A stretch of 64,000 nucleotides of DNA, taken from Sporopachydermia quercuum. Lineage: Eukaryota. Made by a program: the position numbers and the translations under genes. This document shows, piece by piece, positions 58,831 to 64,000 of this stretch (the first letter of the stretch is position 1; every line of letters starts with the position of its first letter). The notes beneath the pieces are model-generated. The model saw only the letters and a list, made by a program, of their open reading frames with translations. It searched no databases and had not been told where the DNA came from. The DNA lies in the NCBI GenBank assembly GCA_001599295.1, contig BCGN01000004.1, positions 686,138 to 750,137 on the forward strand, written 5' to 3'.

Positions 58831-59991
58831 ATGCCTCCAAAGAAGCAAAAAGGAGGAAATGATAAAACCAGAGCAGCCAAAAAGGCTCAATCTACAGCAG
58901 ACAAAACCTTTGGTTTAAAAAATAAAAACAAATCGTCAAAAGTTCAGAAATATGTTCAACAAGTGGAGACTCAAAACAAGGAGAATGCCCTAAATAAAAG
59001 GAAAGAAGCAGAATTGAAACGTAAAGCTGACGAAAAGAAGGCAGCAGCATTAGCTAAAGCAGAAGCAGCGGCATTATTTAATCCAATTATCCAACAAAAA
59101 GTTCCTTTTGGTGTCGATCCAAAATCAGTTGTATGTGCTTTCTTCAAACAAGGAGCATGTACTAAAGGTGCTAAATGTAAATTCTCTCATAATCTCGATG
59201 CAGACAGGAAGGTTGCAAAGAAAGATTTATATACAGATGCTAGAGAGAAAGATGAGAAAATAGAAGACACAATGGATAAATGGGATGAAGAAAAATTACG
59301 AGATGTTATTTTGTCAAAGCATGGTAATCCAAGAACCACAACAGATATTGTATGTAAGTATTTCATCGAAGCAGTTGAAAATGGTAAATATGGTTGGTTT
59401 TGGGTATGTCCAAATGGTGGTAATGACTGTAAATATAAGCATTCTCTACCGCCAGGATTTGTTTTGAAAACTAAAGAACAAAGAAGACTTGAAAAGCTGG
59501 CTGCTGATTCTGCTCCAAAGATCACGTTAGAAGATTTTATTGAAACTGAAAGACATAAATTGCCAAAGAATCTCACACCTATTACTTTGACTACTTTCAA
59601 TGAATGGAAGAAGAAGAGAAATGAAAAGAAACTGAAAGATGCTGAAGAAGCGTTGAAGAAGAGTAAACAATTGACTGGTAGACAAATATTGCAGAGTGGA
59701 AAATTCAGATCTAATGTTGATGGTGAGTTTGATGAAGATAATGATGATGGATCTCATGGTACCATTTGGGATCTGAAACAGTTCAAATCTGCTGTTGATG
59801 AAGTTGATGATAATGAAGTCAAGGATTACGGTGATGGTGAAAATATTGTATTTGATGATGATTCTAAAGATAAGGACGAAGGAAATGGCAATGGAAAAGA
59901 AGAGAACGTTAATAATAAGGAGAATGGTAGTGAGAACAAGCAACAGGACAAAGTTGATCCTATAGGTACAACTATTACTGAATCAAACTAA
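58831..59991 (+). CDS. TMA46: Tma46/DFRP1, two CCCH zinc fingers
   Basis: [62 protein letters not shown]. Confidence 0.96.
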   Translation: MPPKKQKGGNDKTRAAKKAQSTADKTFGLKNKNKSSKVQKYVQQVETQNKENALNKRKEAELKRKADEKKAAALAKAEAAALFNPIIQQKVPFGVDPKSVVCAFFKQGACTKGAKCKFSHNLDADRKVAKKDLYTDAREKDEKIEDTMDKWDEEKLRDVILSKHGNPRTTTDIVCKYFIEAVENGKYGWFWVCPNGGNDCKYKHSLPPGFVLKTKEQRRLEKLAADSAPKITLEDFIETERHKLPKNLTPITLTTFNEWKKKRNEKKLKDAEEALKKSKQLTGRQILQSGKFRSNVDGEFDEDNDDGSHGTIWDLKQFKSAVDEVDDNEVKDYGDGENIVFDDDSKDKDEGNGNGKEENVNNKENGSENKQQDKVDPIGTTITESN

Positions 59992-60798
59992 TATATTTAA
60001 ATCAATAAAACATTATAAAATCACTATCATTTATTATTTTAATTGAGAGATTAATTAGTTTTTGGTTATCATACGATCAAACGTATAATTTATTCCGTTG
60101 TCATGATGGTATGTGAGGTATACTTCCTCAATAGTTTGATAATTTTACTCATTGGCTGAATAGCTGAGAATTTGATTATTCTGGTAATGTGTCGTTGTCG
60201 TTCTCGGAGCCTGTCTGTAGTGTTATGTCTGCCTATGGCTGAAACTTGTAGGTGATAAATGAGTAGGAATGCAATCATTGTATTGTAAAACAGAGGCTGG
60301 CACTGTGTACTCAATTGCTTTTGTTTGTGAATAACTGTTGAATCTGTTTGCTTGAATGTGAGAATTCCTTTCAATCAGCCTGGTAGATCTTGTGAGTATA
60401 TAATCAATACCTTTATTCGTCGTACTTTGAAGCGGAGTATTGAGCTGATGCTAATGATTGTTTTGTGTTACCATGAACAGTTCACCAAACTATTTCTACT
60501 GGTTCTACCGTAATAATTTGAATTAATAGGCCGTTCAACCTAGTATAATACTACCATTTACCCTTGTCAAGAAAAATTAAACTAATAGTAACTGGAGTTG
60601 CTACTTCATGTTAACATAACAACTCTACCGTATTATCAGCCGAAGAAGTAATCTCATAGTTAACAATAACAACGGCAACAATGACGACGATAATAAACGA
60701 CCTACAAATTGTTTCCAAGTAGAAAGGATAGAATTCTTTCACAAAACGGTCTTTTCCTCATATCTTGTATTCTTCAGGACATCCAAATGGTCAATTCA

Positions 60799-63060
60799 TT
60801 ATAAATCAACCAGCTTTTCTTCATCTTTTTCCCCTTTACTATTTGCTTTCATTTGCTCTTCATTTTTTTTCTTGATACTGCATAGCTCTTCAATCTTACC
60901 CATAAGAACAGACGATCTATCCAATAAATCGCTTCCTGTTGTCCAAGTATCAAGTATAACGTTCTTTGGTAATTCTCGTCTTGCCATCATTAATCTTTGA
61001 CGGAAACTATCTGTTTTCTCGAGTCCCAACTGACCATAATCGTTTTGAGATGACGGCATTAGAATAGGATCACCATATTTAGTGTTTGAAGAGGAGCTCC
61101 TCCTTGGACGTGTTGTTGACACTGACGAGACTGGTGGAACTGGTGAAACTGGTTCTTGTCTGGGNGGTAAAGCTGGTACATTTGATGGAGACGATATCGG
61201 AAGATCTTCGTTGAACAGAATTCCCGGTACAGGCTTTCGTCTAGGTGGTAATTTTGGTGGAATCGGCCCTGTAGATCCACTAGATTGAGTACTACTGTTA
61301 TTTGAAAATTCATCATCATTGTTAGACTGGACTAACGTACTAGACTTCAATGCCTCAGGTTTCCTTGGCACTGGAGGTTTTTTCACCAGTTGTACTGGTT
61401 GATCTATTATTAGTTTCTCTGAAATTTCTTCTTGTTGTTTTCTTCTTATTTCTTCTTCCTTTTCAAACAGTTTGATTTTTTCTTTTTCTTTTTCTCTTTC
61501 ACGTTTTGAATCCCATTTTTGCTCCTGCTGTATTTCCTGTCTCCATAAATCACATTCTTTGGTGTCAAATTCGTTCAAGGTTCTAATATATATAGCTAAC
61601 ACCTGACCAGGAAACCATCGTGCTAAATCAACATATGCTTCTAAATCTTGCTCCCCAGCATCACCAACTAATATAAACTGTTTTCTGGGGAAGTCCCTCA
61701 ATAGCTGGTGTAGACTTGCTCTTTTCCTTTCCGCAGCTGGTTCAAACAGTCCACTGATCAAACCTGAATATTGTTTCAAGTGAATTGAACCCTGAGGGAA
61801 ATTCATTCTAGTTAGAAATTCAGATAACGCTGGATACAGCTGCCAGGGACTGTTGGATACATAATGAATAGACGCCCCTTTATAGTACAANAGATTAAAC
61901 CATTCAGACACTCCTTGAACTTCCCAGCCGGAAACATCGGTTAGAAAAACATTACGAAAGAGTTCCCGTTTATCACCTTTTAATCCTGTATGTTTAATGG
62001 TATCATCAATATCAGTGATTACACTTAACCCATAGCCGGAAACTTCCATTATTTCTTCTGTTTCGTATTCACCGTTGGGTAAGCTGATGATAGCAGTTTC
62101 TGGAGCTTTTGGTATTTTGAATTTAATTGAAAACTTTCCATTGGAATCAGTGAAGTTTTCTAAACGGAAGTCGTTTATTGAACTCGATTCATCTCGATAG
62201 GTGATATTGATGGTGATTTTGGTATTAGCAACGGATTTATACATAAAAGGAGCCAGACGTTGCCTTAGTTTTAATTCTGACGCATTGATTGACTGATTAG
62301 CAGCAATAGAGTCTATATCACTGTTACGAGAATGAATAGTGAAGTTGTCAGAGTTTGATTCCGAAGATGTTGCACTTGTTGGCGTAGATCCTGAAGAAGG
62401 TTTTCTTGATGTTGATGCAAGGGTTTCGTTCGTAGAAATAGGTACGTTGTCCTGGATAGAAGAAGGATAGTCGTTCTCATCGAAGAAACTACTGGCTGAA
62501 GCATTTATTTGATTTGTCGCTGTTCTGCCGTTTTCTAAAGCAGGTTTCTGAGGTTTTTCAGCTGCTGCTAAACCAGAAACNTTAGACTTTCCTACTAATT
62601 GTCTTGCCAATGACAAAATTAGTCTATTCTTTCTCGTCATCGATCCAGGCATAAAAACCCAACCTCGAATATGAACCTCATAAACTGATTCTTCAGCTAG
62701 AAACCTGGTATAGGAAGGATACAATACGATTCTAGCAGAATCTGGGACAATATTTATAGTTTTGTTGGAACCATCACTGTTATAATTGCTATTGCTACTT
62801 CTGCTGCTTGCTAGTGATGATATATCGTCATAAGATTTTGAGGGTGAAGAAAAATCAATATTGCTATGAATATAAGCATCTCGCTTGTTCTTCATAAAAA
62901 TCTTAAATCTGCTAGCATTTCTGGCAGCACTGTCTTTTAATCGTGAGAGATTTTCAACACTAGCAGTAGCAGCATTTCTAGTACTACTACTAGCTGTACT
63001 GTTACTACTACTGCTACTGTTACTTCTCTCGTAGATCCGTTGAGAATAGTTTGAACTCAT
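60799..63060 (-). CDS. APP1: Actin-patch phosphatidate phosphatase App1
   Basis: First ATG at 63060. ITDIDDTIK (DxDxT), YVSNSPWQL, LVGDAGEQDLEAY, Pro-rich PPVPRKP/PPKLPPRR tail. Confidence 0.92.
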   Translation of the reverse strand: MSSNYSQRIYERSNSSSSSNSTASSSTRNAATASVENLSRLKDSAARNASRFKIFMKNKRDAYIHSNIDFSSPSKSYDDISSLASSRSSNSNYNSDGSNKTINIVPDSARIVLYPSYTRFLAEESVYEVHIRGWVFMPGSMTRKNRLILSLARQLVGKSXVSGLAAAEKPQKPALENGRTATNQINASASSFFDENDYPSSIQDNVPISTNETLASTSRKPSSGSTPTSATSSESNSDNFTIHSRNSDIDSIAANQSINASELKLRQRLAPFMYKSVANTKITINITYRDESSSINDFRLENFTDSNGKFSIKFKIPKAPETAIISLPNGEYETEEIMEVSGYGLSVITDIDDTIKHTGLKGDKRELFRNVFLTDVSGWEVQGVSEWFNXLYYKGASIHYVSNSPWQLYPALSEFLTRMNFPQGSIHLKQYSGLISGLFEPAAERKRASLHQLLRDFPRKQFILVGDAGEQDLEAYVDLARWFPGQVLAIYIRTLNEFDTKECDLWRQEIQQEQKWDSKREREKEKEKIKLFEKEEEIRRKQQEEISEKLIIDQPVQLVKKPPVPRKPEALKSSTLVQSNNDDEFSNNSSTQSSGSTGPIPPKLPPRRKPVPGILFNEDLPISSPSNVPALXPRQEPVSPVPPVSSVSTTRPRRSSSSNTKYGDPILMPSSQNDYGQLGLEKTDSFRQRLMMARRELPKNVILDTWTTGSDLLDRSSVLMGKIEELCSIKKKNEEQMKANSKGEKDEEKLVDL

Positions 63061-64000
63061 ATGTTTAGCAAGCCAAAGGTAATACTTTCTTGTAGCGAAA
63101 AGATTGAAACGCTTTAACGAGAGTCTGGGCAGGATTCTATACCAAGATTTCTGTTTTATTAAGGAACTATTTGGTTCAAATTTGATTCTTGGTGGTCTTA
63201 GTTTATTATTACCATAACCAAAGAATTTTCCTACCCAGGATCTGTTTGAATTGCCAAACAGATTAAAACGAAAATGAAACTTCTTCAATGTTGCTGATTT
63301 AATTTGAAGGAAAGAAACAGCTTTAAGAATGCAGGGATCTTCTGATAGGAATAATCCGTCTTATTCTTTCTTTTGTTGACGATTCTATTGCATTGCAAGT
63401 CAATGACGCATAAGATAGTAAGCCTGTGAGAGGATAGAGGAATTGATAATTGATCAATGAGAAACTGGTGTATCTGATGGACTAACAGAACTAAGACAAA
63501 CCAGCCAATAATCTATACTTTCCCTGATTGATACAATACGTAATAAATTCGTAGTAGGGGAGAATGTCAGTGACAACAATAGACGATTTGATGTGATTTG
63601 ATGTGATGATAGGCATTTAACAGGGTGCATTCTATTGTATAAAAGGCAAAAGGTACAATAACGGAACATGTAAACTTGGATGAGCCTTGTAAACCTAATT
63701 AGATCAGCGCATGATATTGCATTTACCTTAATGGCATATTAGGATNGTTACGAGAGTGCATGATTTAGTTTGAACTTTAACGGATTAAGAAGAATTCTCA
63801 TTAACGCGACAAGTGAGAAGATGTAATAATGAAAGATACTATTCGAGTGCGTGCAAGGAAGTTGGGTAAAATTATCTTTACTGGAATTGTATTTTANTGT
63901 TGTTTAACTGTTTTGGTTTATTTCTGTTACAGTTTCTGTGTAAGCTACTAGGGAATTCTTGCATTATTTGACGTACCTTTGAGATCCCAATTCACCGCAT

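Noticed and set aside
4023..63897. Scattered single 'n' bases
   Set aside because: Isolated ambiguity or masking; frames are preserved, so probably heterozygous sites or a technical artefact.

Overview
Gene-dense chromosomal segment from a non-WGD budding yeast (Saccharomycotina). It uses the standard genetic code (CTG sits at conserved Leu sites), retains respiratory complex I (NDUFB9/B22 gene) and is fairly intron-rich (13 spliceosomal introns reconstructed by hand in 7 genes). I support 25 protein genes: RAP1 (partial), GYP7, IES2, MFG1, PEX17, RRG9, VID27, GUD1, SSU72, ATG4, TES1, AIM36-like, an IRC24/NRE1-type SDR, GPA1, an NMT1/THI5-like binding-fold protein, DCP2, RHO2 (6 exons), NST1, YVC1, a carnosine N-methyltransferase, NDUFB9, VPS21, PTC5, TMA46 and APP1. 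Gene order interleaves S. cerevisiae WGD sister segments (XIV+IV and XIV+XV). I saw no tRNA, rRNA, transposon or CRISPR. I found no clearly novel multi-gene system. The best leads are: an H/ACA-like structured RNA in RHO2 intron 4; several genes with alternative-start or dual mitochondrial/peroxisomal targeting (TES1, PTC5, THI5-like, and a possible non-AUG extension of APP1); a cluster of Ste12-type elements upstream of GPA1; and an unexplained ORF/hairpin island at a synteny breakpoint between VID27 and GUD1. All gene identities come from motif recognition and recalled synteny, not from database searches.
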